Positions 1 through 12,800 of a stretch of 64,000 nucleotides of DNA are shown here, in pieces. Numbering within the stretch: the stretch's first letter is position 1; every line of letters begins with the position of its first letter. The position numbers were made by a program, and so were the translations under genes. The notes beneath the pieces are model-generated. The model made no database searches, was not told where the DNA came from, and saw only the letters and a program-made list of their open reading frames with translations. Source of the stretch: Anas platyrhynchos (Eukaryota); contig NC_092587.1 of NCBI RefSeq assembly GCF_047663525.1, positions 188,995,457 to 189,059,456 of the forward strand, written 5' to 3'.

Positions 1-3000
1 ATCACAAGCCTTTTACACCAAAAGCAATTAACCTGATTTTGTAAGATTTATCCACAGGTTTCTCAGAAATAGCAGCTTTCAGATTCCTATACATGATTTT
101 GAAAATGACTAAACAGTTAAACAAAAATGAACAAGAAAAAAAAGAGAAAAAAGCCATATGCTGCCTTCTTGCAGTTCTTTTTTCTGTATTCCTATCTTAT
201 CTAAAAGGTTTTTGCTTGTTAACCATTAATTTAATCTGCTACACAAAGCAGTAGGGTGAAACGAGCAGCATCCAACTTCAGTGACAAGAATAAGCCTGTG
301 GGCAGGCAAAGGGGTTGGTTTTGTTGTCAAAAGCAAACCACAATGACGATACATCATTTATAGAGTCTCATTAGAAACTGAAATAAATTTTAATGAATTT
401 CAACTCTACAAGCAAGCCTGTCAATTCAAAAAAAAAAAATCCTTAACCAAACAGCAGCAGCAACGTTCAGTTTCTGCTGAAACAAAACAGTTTTAGATCA
501 AAGAGAATATTTTTAATTCCATATCCCAGATGTCTTCCATTCTCGTGTCCTCCATTAACAGAGCCTAGATAGGGAATTTGTCTTCATTTTAAGATAACAG
601 AAAGAGAAACACACCTGCACGTCTTTTTTAACAGGTTTAGGCTTATTGTCCACAATTTTTTTTCTGAATTCAAGCAGCACTTCTTTGCAATCTTCCAAAT
701 GCACCTCTGGTTCCCAGGTATCATCATCAGAGGTATATCCCTTCCACCGTACTTTATACAGAATTTTACCCTGCAAGAAAAAAAACAAGCAAACATTTAA
801 TAAAATACAACACTATGCAGTGTACTCAGTTCTTGTGGGTAATCAGTGGATGCATCATTTTGTGTATGTGAAAATTAATATAATGGGAATTCAACCTCAT
901 GCTGAGGTAAGAATTCCTAGAATTGTTCCCATCTGCATCACATGCTGAATTGAAGAGGTTGTAAAGTTTCAGTAGTTGTAGTGGTTTTAACCCAAGTATT
1001 TGTATTACCTGATTGTTGTCAGAAACACAGTTTCAACGCACATATGTTCCCAGACATTTTACTGAAATTGATTTTCTGACAGTTACAAAATTAAGTTAAT
1101 ATTTTTTCTGTACAAGTTTTAATTGCTGCTCTTTGCTGAAGATTTATAATGCCTAAAGATTTATAATGCAATAACACCATTCACACAGTTCTTAACTGGA
1201 ATTGATAATGTGTTAGATTTATAGGCAATGTCACTTCTGATAAACCAAAATGGTAACAATTGCTCAGGAAAAAAACATCTTTCAATGAGATCAAGTCAAA
1301 TCTAGATGAAACCTGATTGTGCACATCCCAAAGCTGGATACAAAGACATCAGTAAAAGATGGTATGACAGCCCTAGACCAACTGTTTCAACAGTATCTGA
1401 CTTCATTGGAGGATGGTATCACAACTTATAGTCTCCAAGTTTTTCTACTTGATTAGGAAGTCTTACCATTAAGGGAAGAAGAAAAAAAAAGAAAAAGATG
1501 CTTTTCACCCAAGTCTCTCTTGCTTTCTCCTAAGCAAAGCAGTCTGAATCCTGGTATTTCTCAATACAGACTCATTTTCTCGCTGCAAGACAAGGCTTAT
1601 TGGTCCAAGCATAATGCTGCCATCGTCAGACAAGTGGCAACTCTGGGCTGTGTGCACTGAGTTTAACCAAAAAGCAAAGTCACATCCCATGAAATCAAGG
1701 GGTTCCTTTCATGGATTAAACCTGCATTCTCTTTAAGCACCTGTATGACAAAGACCAGCAGCAAATTTAAGAAAGTCCATTTTCCATTAAAAGGGTAATA
1801 ATGAGTATAAGGCAACATAACCATCCCTAAACTTATTTTCTAGAGAAGTTCACAAAGCTGCTAACCAAAACACCTTCAGAGAGGTGAAATAACAGTATCT
1901 CTTTCTTTCATAAATAGATTGATGATGCTCCCAAAAATCCTACACTGCTAACTAAGCCTGGAGAACAAAAGTTTCAAAAGAACTGTTATTTGACACTTGG
2001 TATTAGAAATGTTTATTTTCGTATTTTTCTGTTTTTGCCTGAGCACCACTGACCTTTTAAGAAGTGTATTCGTATATACAGCACATATTGAAAACTATAA
2101 AACTTCAGCAATCAATTCTGCTTACAACCTTATTTTGCTTCACAGACAAAGAAATAAATGAAAAAGCCTATATTCAGATATGTTAACATAACACTTCCTC
2201 TTAAATTTAGCTTAGCCATACATTCTTGATTCAGGAATTAGCTTTAAACGTGATGTTCACCTGTCTCTTCCTCTCTTCTAACATGGTTCCTCATGAAAGC
2301 AGTAACTAGTAACCTTCTTTTGTAACAAAATTAATTTTGTAACCAAAATTATGCCACTGTTTGTAAGGGATCTCTGGAACTAACAAGCACAATGCCCTGC
2401 TCAAAGCAGCTCCAGCTAGATCAGGCTGCTCAGAAATTTGTCAAGTTTTAAGGATCTCCATGGATGGAGATTTCATAACCCCTCTGAACTCCTCCCACTC
2501 CCTCAAAGCAAGGAATCTTTCCTTTGTATCTCATCAGACTGCCCTGCATGCCCTGTGCTCCAGGTCCCCACGCTGCCTTCACAACTCTCGCGGGGTTCAC
2601 TCTGCCGTGGCCATGTCTCTCCCAGAGCTTGGCACAGCACTCCTGGGGCATCTCAGCAGTGCTAACAGAGGAGGAAGCACCTCCCTCGATGCTCTTCATA
2701 CTGCTGGCCTTCTTTGCTGCAGGAACAGCTGACTCTTGCTCAACCTACCTGCCTGCAGGGACCCCCAGGTGCTCTCCTACAGCCTGTCACCCTCCTGTCC
2801 CAGAGCACAGGGTTATTCCATTCCTTCAGCTCATTACTGCCACCATTACACCTCATAACTCAGGTACAAAAGCAGTCAGAAGTTAGTTAATTAGTTGAGG
2901 AAGCTGAATAAAACAAAATCTTACATAAATGTAGGTCTATCTGTTGAACGACTACATCCACCATACGGCAAATAATAAAAAAAATGCAGCGTAAGTGAAG

Positions 3001-5300
3001 GCAGGAGATGGAGCATCATATTAAAGATGCATACACAGCCTTTCCCTTACCTGCCAAAGTTAATTTATTCCACATTATTTCTCTTCTGTCACTTATAAAT
3101 AAGTGAAGACTTCAAAACATTTTTACGCCACTGTAACTTCTACAAGACCCAGTGATAGGCTAGAGCTCCTATCACCACCTCATTAAAGAACAGAGTTAAT
3201 GTTACCCATTTCTACAGGGAAATGTCACAGTTTCCCTTAGTACCATTATTTTAGTAGAATTTCAGTGTGGTCCAAAAGGCTTTCTAAATATACCATTTCC
3301 AAATTTTTATTGCTAATTACCTCAAGTAGGACAAGTTAGTGTTTCATCTACCAGCAAGTCTAGCTGCCCAGCCCGACCCTGTGCCCAGAGTGCTGCCGGG
3401 CGGTGCTGCCACCAGCCCCATCAGGACCAGAGGTGGCAGGGGCTGCTCTGTGCCATGCTCTAGGCTCTCCCATGTGGGCACACACAGCACACGAAATCAA
3501 CAGCTGGTTCAGCATCATTTTGGGCTTCCTAATGCACCTGGGAATCACTGTCCCAAAGCGGACTACATGCCGTATGCTCCACTGAATGCTCCACGCAGCT
3601 TTTTTCCACTCCTTTCAGATGTTAGGACTAGATGTTAGATGCAATTACCTGCCTTGCCCAGCACGTCTGAAGCACAGGAGCGTGGCACCCCACTGAATAG
3701 CAACAGAAAGGCGATCTGGCACAACTGCAGCCAATGCTACGAGGCCACAGCGAGCACGCACTGGGTGAGGCACGCGCACACAGTAATGCTCAGTGCTCTG
3801 ACCCAGCCTGGCAACCTCCAGCACCCAGCAGAGCACCCCATTCAGGGCCTGCAGCAGAACGGGCTGCCAGAGCCAGCAGACACCACTGACGCGTTTAAGG
3901 GGGGGTACTCCAGGCATTCTGGTGCTCTTTAGAAGCGTGTGGAACAGTACGTTCCTCCTTCTCCCCCAGTATGCTGATTTTCACTGCCATCATTGCAGAA
4001 AAAGCACTCTTCCTTTCAAGCCAGACCCACTGTTTTGATTGACACTTTATACAGGCAGAACTAGAAATGCTGTATTACCTCTGGAGCCTCTGAAAGCTAT
4101 TACCTCTTAAGCCATCAAGACACTGCACCATGAAACTGCCTATTCGTGACAGCACCACAAACACGTGAGCAATTCTTCACCTCAAGTTTCCCTGACCTAA
4201 GGGCTTCAAAACCCTCACGTTTCACACTAAGCAGGGCGCCTTCCGTGCCACCATGTACCTGACTGAAGCCTGAAACCGAAGGCGTAAGTTAGCCAGAACA
4301 CACAATTTGCAGATACAAAAAGCACTTTAAAAGAGGCCATCTTTGGTGATTTTTTTTTTTTTTTTTAGTTTTTGCTTTGAAAGTTCAAGAAATTTTGGAA
4401 GAACTCCAAAAATCCATGCTGCTTTTTACCTTTTTAAGGTAAGATATTACTTCCTAAACCGAACCAGAAGATCTCTAGAGCTAGTTATTTCAACTGGAAG
4501 CGGTCCCTCTATTTTGAGGGGTCTCCCTGCATTTTTTTCCTGTCACTTTTACTAAAATACACTCTGCAACCACCTCCAAGTTCCTTCCCCTTTATGCTCC
4601 CCCCTGCCCAAACACCTTACACCAAGGCACTCCTGCAGCTCAGGCGTAGCAGCACGGCGCACCTCAGCGCTGCAGACAAAAAGAGAAGTTAGTAAGGAGT
4701 CAGGTTTGCTTTTTTTTTTTTTTTTTTTAAGCTGGAGCAGCAAGAGAGGGAAAACCTCGCTCGCAGACCGCGTTTCACGTAGCAGCGCCGCCGGGGAAGG
4801 CTCCTCGCCCACACACGAGGGGTTCTCCTCAGGAAAACCCCGTCTCGGGGCAGGCTGCGTGAGGGGAGGGCGGGCACCGCGCCCCGGCCCCGCCGCGCAC
4901 TCACCCCCTCGCTCTTCACGTCAAGGATCTTCTCCACCTCGAACACGTCCTCCTCGTCCTCCTCCTCCTCATCCTCCTCGCTCTCCCCGCCGCCGCCTCC
5001 TCCGGCCTCCCCGCCGCCTCCTGCCGCCGCCTCACGGCCGCCCGGCCCGCTGCCTTCTCCCCCCTCAGCGGCCGCGGCCGCCGCCGTCTCCTCCTCCTCT
5101 TCCTCCGCCCCCTCCCGCCTGGCCGCCGCCGCCTCAGCCCCGCCGCCGGCCGCCGCCGCCGCCATTTTGGGGCGAGCTTCCACCGACAACGGGGAAAAGC
5201 GGCTGCGACAGCCACCGCCGGGCGGGGCGGGGCCGCCGCAGCCAATGGGAATGCAGCCAGCCCGTGACGCACGCAGGGGCTGGGCAGACTGCGGGGGCCG
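1..5300 (-). CDS. MPHOSPH8: MPHOSPH8 (M-phase phosphoprotein 8 / MPP8) gene, 5' portion only (exons 1-2 resolved; gene continues beyond window start)
   Basis: Spliced exon1+exon2 translation ...EDEEDVFEVEKILDVKSEG|GKILYKVRWKGYTSDDDTWEPEVHLEDCKEVLLEFRKKIVDNKPKPVKKDVQ is near-identical to the MPP8 chromodomain (human ...GEDVFEVEKILDMKTEGGKVLYKVRWKGYTSDDDTWEPEIHLEDCKEVLLEFRKKIAENKAKAVRKDIQ). Aromatic-cage F/W/Y are present. Confidence 0.85.
615..770 (-). CDS. MPHOSPH8: MPHOSPH8 exon 2 (second half of chromodomain: GKILYKVRWKGYTSDDDTWEPEVHLEDCKEVLLEFRKKIVDNKPKPVKKDVQ)
   Basis: Acceptor tttttttttcttgcag|GGTAAA at 771-773 (plus-strand ctg). Donor GTG CAG|gtgtgt at 615/614. 156 nt, phase 0-0. Matches ORF 555..788(-). 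Confidence 0.9.
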
Positions 5301-5560
5301 CCCGCGGGGCTGAGGCGGGGAGGGAGCGGGGTTGAGGCCCCGGCGGGACGGGGACAGGGGGACACAGTGGGGGACACACGGGGACAAACAGGGATCTCCA
5401 CGGCGCTACGGGTGGCCAGAGCCCCCGCCGCTCTCCCCATGTCCGTGGAAAGGCGTGGAGAGGGGACCAGGAGGCAGCCACGGGTTTGGGGGGAAATGCG
5501 CCAAAAGGATGGCTGTGGGCACCTCAAGGCAAGGTCCCGGTGGGGAAGGGGGGTTCTCAT
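4740..5560. promoter_or_regulatory. MPHOSPH8: CpG island / MPHOSPH8 promoter and first exon. Contains GC boxes (gggcggggcgggg at 5220-5235), CCAAT at 5242-5246, and TGACGC (half-CRE) at 5265-5270, upstream of the minus-strand ATG at 5165
   Basis: Very high G+C and CpG density. The large ORFs on both strands here are GC artefacts. Motifs were read directly from the sequence. Confidence 0.75.
4905..5165 (-). CDS. MPHOSPH8: MPHOSPH8 exon 1 coding part: ATG at 5165..5163 (CCAAAATGG context), donor GAG GGG|gtgagtg at 4905/4904. Encodes Ala/Gly/Glu-rich low-complexity N-terminus plus the first half of the chromodomain
   Basis: In-frame with ORF 4689..5387(-). Strong GTGAGT donor. Splices in phase 0 to exon 2. 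Confidence 0.85.
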
Positions 5561-6899
5561 AAGGAAAAAACAAGAAATCCCTTTACATTTTTTAGTATTT
5601 TGCACATTAAACTTATTGCCTATAGGTGAGCACAATTTTTTTATGGTAACATACAGGAGAAAAAAAAAAACACGTAAGAAAGCCATACCTCATTTACCTT
5701 ACATACCTTTTACATTTACTTTTACATACCTTTTTACCTTACTTACTGTAACCGCCTGTGCCAGTGTGCTAATGAAACTGCCCAGGAAGCAGTTTCTTAA
5801 GAAATACACATCACCCAGATGAAACTTCAGGGCTTTTGCATGCAAGCATACTTGCATTGCAAAAATACCCGCATGGGATGTATCATTGCAACTGTGAAAG
5901 CAACAAACTATTTGAATAAATAAATGTAGCAAATGAAAACACAAATCGAGTCTTTTATTCATAGTTATTCACAGTTTTGCACTTACTTTCCAAGGTAACT
6001 CTAGTTACACATCCAATGCCCATGCAGACTTCACAAATTTAGAATCTGCTCAGTTTTCTAAATTAAAGAGTCTGCCTAGCTCTTAAGAAACCATTATGTG
6101 AGCTCTTATCAAATAGAAAATATAGTACAACACTTTTCCTTTGTGTTATTCACTGAAAAGAGCCAGTATCTTACGTGAACATTAGGATTCATAGCATCTC
6201 AGAAACGCAAGGCTCTCAGGATATCTTCTTGGCAACCTCCTGTACTTAGGCAGGATTAATGGAATATGCTCCAACCTTGGCAGGTATTTGCTAAATTCTC
6301 AAGAAAACATCTATAAAAGAGATTTCACAGTTTTCCTTAGCGATGCATTACAATGCTTCTTTCTCTCAGTAAATACTAGGAAGCATGTCCTGTTTGCACT
6401 GCAGCACCCTACCTGAAGTGGCTGAGGAATCTGCTGCTTCTGAACATTTTCAATGGTTGGACAAACAAGTGTAGAGTCTGTTCTCTACACACTCAATCCT
6501 GCCTCAGTGCAAGTAATTGCCTTATTACTCACTACCTACACTTTCTCCGATCACAGCATAGCAAAGAGTGACTCTGCAGCTCCTGAATTTAAAAGAGGTA
6601 ATGTGTTTTTTAAGCACAGTGTTTTTTAATGTCATTTAAGCACCTGTGAAAAACACATTAAATTAAGATAAATCACTTTTATTCTGGATTTATTATTAGG
6701 CTTACGTGTTTGGTCTGGTATAAAGTAATCAAGTAGCTTTTCCTCAGGATAAAATCAGAATACGGAGCAATAGCTGACAAAAAGAGAGAACTCATACCTC
6801 CTAACAAAATTGACCAATGTATTCACAAACTGACATATGACTAATAAGTAAAACAGTGCAGGAGAAAAACAACGGTTCTGCTGTTTGCATTTCAAGGCA

Positions 6900-9800
6900 C
6901 ACTGTAGGAATCACAAAACCAACACTGATATGTTGTGAAGATGTTTATTAGATCTTTACTAATCACATTTTTGTATCTGTCAAAACATTCTGCAGTATTT
7001 AACTGAATTACTGTATTGCACTTCACTTACAATGCCACGGAAGAATAAAATATTTTAGAAGAAAGAGAAATATGAAAGATGTAAAAGTAGTAAGAATATG
7101 CAATATACTGGAAAAATAATGTCAAATTATGAAATATGGAGGTATTTTTTTATAGTCACAGCTAAGTAAAACACTACGTATGCAAAGTTGACTAACCGTA
7201 AGATCCTTTAATTTTGTCTGCGTGTAAGAATTATTCAAGAATAATATACAATCAAATGTCCTCAATTTAAACATTTTACGTAGAATCGCAAGAAAAGCTA
7301 TTTCACTATTATCTTAAACAAAGGTTTAAATATTTTAAGTAGAAAGAAAATTGATGTTAGTTAAAGGTGATACCCAGTATCTTCTTGGTGGCAGAATCCC
7401 AGTCTTTCCCAAGTTCAAGTCGATAGTAAATAGCTGGAAATTGCTTGTCAACTTTTCTTACCCACTCTATTGCTTTCTTGATCAACTCAAAAGTCCAGTG
7501 AACACCACTGTGTATAGAAATGAAACTTTATTATAATAAAATCTTGTAATCTTATAAACACGCCAAAAAAAAGGCAAGAAAATCATTTATTCTGTGATCA
7601 TTTGAAAGAGGAAATTGTCTATAGTACAGTGACCCAGCCTATGTAAAATATCACCTGATACAGGAATCTACATCATCATCTCCTCTGCCCCATCTTTTTG
7701 GAATAATCCATATGGGGCATATGTGGATCCATAACCATTACTTGCATTCATTTGCACTGTTCCTATCACCACGGTGAAGTACTGTGCATTTCATAATGGC
7801 AAACTTGTCTCCTTCTTTGTACATTCACAAGTCAGAATTCTTTCACTTTTGTGGCCTATCCAAACTGCTTTCATCCAGCAGTCAACATGATTTTGTTTGT
7901 ATTTCACACCAGACTAGCCCAAAGTATACAACCATTTTTCCCTCTGTCAGAAGGTTTCAAGAGAGGGAGGAAGTCTCTGCAGGGCTTTCCTTGCTGTTTC
8001 TTTATCCTGCCCTATATTCCCTGTAAAGCACGAATGGTACAAGCTTCCCGTTTGGGCACCACAATCTGTTTGTGGCTTGGGCAATCCAGATTCACCAAAG
8101 GTCTACTCCTTCATGCATCTTTTACAACTTTTGCTTTTCCGGTATAACAAAAAACTTCCCAGCTGACAATCGTTCTCTTCACCCCCAACAGAAGGGAATT
8201 TGCAGACGCAGGGACCCCTGTCTTTGAAAGATAACAGAGCACTAGGACATCCAGAAGTGAGGGGGCTTTGTCAGAATGAGCCAGTATCAGCATTTCCCAG
8301 GGCTAATGGAAAAAGTGGAAGTTGTGCTGTGATCTCGTGCTCTAATGATTTCAAAAAGTATTGTATTTTACAGTGTTTGCTTGTGAAGAACACCAACCCA
8401 TAAATAAAATGCTGAAAAAGGATGCAGACCAAGAGGAACAAGTTACATGCATGAAAAGTTCAAAAAGGCTGAAGTCTTGAAAAGGTTGAGATGGTAGAAT
8501 CTCCATCCTTAAAGATACTTAAAAATCAGCTGGGCAAGTTTCTGAACAACTTACCCAACATTTGAGTTGGCTCTGATTTCTCATTTTTTGTATCATATTT
8601 TGCAAAATACTCTCTCCTCCATCCACCCTCTTAGAAGCAGTCATGTGTCACCAATATCATTAATAATTCCCATTCCCTTTTCTACTGCCTCATCCTGTAG
8701 CATAGCCATTTACTCTCCATAATGAGATTAATCTCACATATGTTGAAAAGATGAAACATTACTAATTATTAACTAATTATTACTAATTATAACTATTACT
8801 AATGAAAAAATTACTATATTAAATTATAAGATTTTTTTTTAAGCATACCTTGAAGTGGTTAAATTATCTAGTTTCATCAGCGATTTGAAAACTATCCCAT
8901 TCAGCTCCTTTGTGCAGCGTATGAACTGAAGCACAAGAAGAGTAGCAATCAACTGCAGTAGCTTTTCTTTTCCATTTGAGCCTAAAGAAGAAGAAAAGGG
9001 AAATCATTTAAAAGAATTCTTGATAGCAGAAAAGGTACCTCCTACAAAGTTTTATATTTAAAAATTTTAAACTTCTGATGCTACTTAGTTGTTTCACCAC
9101 ACAACCAGTAATATGAAAAATATTCACATTAGTGACCTGGCAAGCATGCTCCTGGCTTTCAAACTTGTGTCTGTTAATGCTTTTTTAGGATTTCTGCAGT
9201 TTGTGTTTTGCTTGGGTTCTAATCAACTTTGATTTTAATGCATGGGAATGGGAATGTGTAAGAATGGGAAAAATGTAAGAGTGTTGTCCTTTGATGAAGC
9301 ATTGCATCTTCTAATAATTTAAAAAGAATGAATTGTCTTTTTTTTCCCAAGTTTTCTGGTCTGCTGCCAGCAGTGAGCGCCAACTGACAGAATCAAACAG
9401 CAAAGTGTGCATAGACAGAACGCATACTGAATGTGCTGCAGGCAGCATGTGGGGAAAAGAATTGTAGAAATATTATTTGTGTTATCTGAAATGTGAAAAG
9501 CAGAAGTGGTCTCAGACTCTCTCCTAGGAGAGACTTTCCTCCCTCACACTTTTTTTTTTAATTAAAAAAAAAAAAAGTAGATATTAATACAGCAGATACA
9601 ATAGCTGAGATAAAAGAACGCCTATTGCTATTCCAGCTATTTCACATCCTCCACACATATTTCTCCAGGAGATGTACTTAGCATTCAGGACACTATATTG
9701 TGAGAGAAGTTGAGAAGAAAATGTATTATTAAAATCAGATGCTTTTGAAAATTTTTAGTTAAGAGATCCACTTAAATTCTGAGTGTATCTTATTGAAAGT

Positions 9801-12800
9801 TCTCCTAGAAATACACAGTAATAGCACACAAAGATAGGAAATGTAATACAATGCACTGCTTTTTTAATAACAGAAAAAGTATTTACCAAGTGACTGAATG
9901 CCTTTTCTGATAAGGAAATGATTAATTAAATAATCAACATCAAATTTCAAGATTTTTCCCAACTGTGGACTGAGATTCCAAGAACCATTCTATGGAATAA
10001 ACAAAGATATGGATAAGTGAGAGATTCATGGCACTGAAAATGTATTTGTCAGGAACAAACTAAAACATAGGTTATTTATTTAAAACCATTTTAAAAGTGT
10101 ACACAAACACCAAACTGAAATCCATGTGATCCATTTAGTTGATGCAAATATTAAACTTCCAAACCCCTTGATAAACAATCAAATGTTTGTAATTGATGTG
10201 GAATGTTGTAGCCAGGTTATATAAAAAAACAACTCAAACAATAAGAACAAGGAAATTTTGAACTGACTTGCACAATGACAACATTAACCTACTCAAATTT
10301 ATTTCAAAAAAAAATCGTTTGGAAAATTATTTTAAAGGTGCTCAGGAAATACCCAAAAGAAACGAACAAACAAAAAACTCTCTCCTCTGAAGGGAATGCA
10401 AAGTCTCTATAAATTTAGTTTGCTATTTATGTTGTTAAATACTGTATTAACAAGACCAATCCTATTTTATCTGACTTTCCCTGCCAAAAATTAGAGAACT
10501 TTGATTAAAACCATCAGTTTGCTACTCTCAGATAGATGGAAGACAGGCTTTCAACAGGATTTTCAACTACTTATTCATCAGTGTTAAATACTTTCAAAAC
10601 TTCTATCTGTCCTTGTAGGTTTACGTCATAGGTAACTATAACTGTAGACACAAATTCATAACAATTTACAGATTCATATAAGGTAAGCTAGAAGACAATA
10701 CATGTTTCTAAATTACCTAAAAACTAAGATTCTGTTAGATCACTAAACTTAGTGTAAAAAACTGTGAGAAACTTTTTCTTTCTATAATTGGACAATTGGC
10801 AATTCTGCTCAAAAAGAAAAGCAATCTTGAAGCTCTCCTTGAGAGTTAACTCCCATAAGAGTCGATCACAAATCTATTCCCCATTATATCCCTATGCGTG
10901 GCATATGGTAATGATTCAATGTTTAAAAATAATTTGATAAAAGTGACCTGTCAAAAATATAGGAAAAATAGGCATCTCTTCTTGACTCTTACATCAGCTA
11001 TACTTTCCTACTTTCCTTTTCCTACTTTTGCATGCAAATGGACATGCTGGATCTAGTGTACCCAGTATACTCCCAGACAAAGGGAATTCAACAAAGCACC
11101 AGGCTGAATGGCCGATCTCTGCTGATAAACATCAGGAGTCTCCACTGAGGGAATACCATGGTGGCTTCTTCATTTGGATCATGCAGCACTACTGAAGACC
11201 TCCTCCTGTTTATTACATACAGATATTGTTTGTATTGGATTGTATTGGCCTACGATCTGATTGTTGATCACCACACCACCTCACCCCATTAATTGGTAAG
11301 CTCACCAGCTGGCGATGGGTTAGGTGAAGCAGTGGACATCAACCACAAGGATCATACCTAAGCAAGGCAAAACATTACCTGTTCTGACTCCTACTTGCGG
11401 AATTCTTGGACGATATTGCTTAATTCAGCTTGTCTTTAATTCACCAGCCATTCAGCTGGTCTGACTATCCTGAAGAAGTTCCTCCTGTCCTCTGTGTAAT
11501 CCTCTAAGTCCCAACTACTTGCATAATGTGCATTATTTGCATCTACTTCTTCAATCTGTCTCCCCATATATGGTTTTATACATGTCCCAGGAAGTCTCCA
11601 AGCTGCAAACTGGTGGAGGCTCTAAAATGGAGGTGTATTACTACCTGTTGGCTCTGATTTTACACTGTTCCTTAGGCACCCATTGAAGAGTTGCCCAGGA
11701 GAGCAATAAAACATAGCATGACCCTGAGGTCATTATATACTTTTTATGATCAGTTCAAAAAGTAAAGAAAATAAACACATTTATAAAATGCTTATCTCAG
11801 GACTTGAGTAAAGTAAAAATACGTTTTCTTTCTACATGTATCTTCTTTTTAAGTAATGCACAAATAGACTATGGGTACTGTACCTGATTTTGGAGCTCAA
11901 AAACTTCTTTCAAGTTTATAGAAGTCAGCTCAAGTCTCCGTCGAATCTTTTCTTTCTCTATTGCTGCAATGCTCTTTGATTGTTCCTGAAGAGGATAATC
12001 ACAAAAAAATCTTATTCTACCACCATTATTCACTCAGCTACTATATCATGGAAATAAGTAATTTCATTAAAAGTTTTAAAAGGAACTTTTTTTTTCAGGT
12101 TGAAATTGGAAGATTTTAGGTTCATTCTCTCCTACTTAGGAAAGCATTTGAAATTCCAGAGTTAGTGAGACCTTTTTTCTCCATTTAAAAATTTACAATT
12201 CTCTCAGAATAGTAAGGAATAAGCAGCAGAATTCAGACTGTAAATTTATAACTTTAAACAAGAACAATGAAAAAAATAATTGAACAAAAAGAATGCTTTC
12301 TGCATCTCGGGTTCGGATTTCTTGAATTGGAAAGCAATTTCATTACCACCCTTAACATATTCTTTTTGGGCTGTACAGGAATGCACCTTAGAACACAAAT
12401 GTTTTTAAGGCAGCTTTCCTTTTTAAGGCAGCTTTTCCATTAGATAAATGCTGCCTCGATTTCAACATGACATTTGTAGCATCCTGTATATAAAAGGCTC
12501 TCAGTTGAAGACTTACCGAAACCTTAGTGCCCTCAGTAAATTCTTCAGATGCTGTAGCACAACGATGACCTACTACTTTTTTCTTACACTTTTGCCGTGT
12601 CATTGCTGGTTTGCTGTCACATTGGAAAACAGGACATTTGGGAATAACTTGTTTTTCAACATTTGTTTTATCAGAAAATGTTTTGCCTATAGGAGTAGGT
12701 GAACCAAACATTCCTAAAGGTTGTATCTGAGAAACACAAGAAGAATAAGCAGGTTCCATGCCTCCCGCCAGTTTTTCAAGAGAATAGGGACAAGCAGGTG

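Noticed and set aside
430-560. Candidate MPHOSPH8 exon 3 (acceptor ttgtttcag|CAGAAACTGAACGTTGCTGCTGCTG or ctatctag|GCTCTG...)
   Set aside because: No frame gives an open, phase-0 continuation resembling MPP8 (RLSLNNDIFEANSD...). Exon 3 probably lies outside the window or is too diverged to call.
4689-5686. Long ORFs on both strands across the MPHOSPH8 CpG island (4706..5335 +, 209 aa; 4916..5686 -, 256 aa; 5134..5481 -; 5332..5562 +)
   Set aside because: Pro/Arg/Gly/Ala-rich translations are typical of stop-codon-poor GC-rich DNA. Only the minus-strand frame containing MAAAAA...VFEVEKILD has homology (MPHOSPH8 exon 1).
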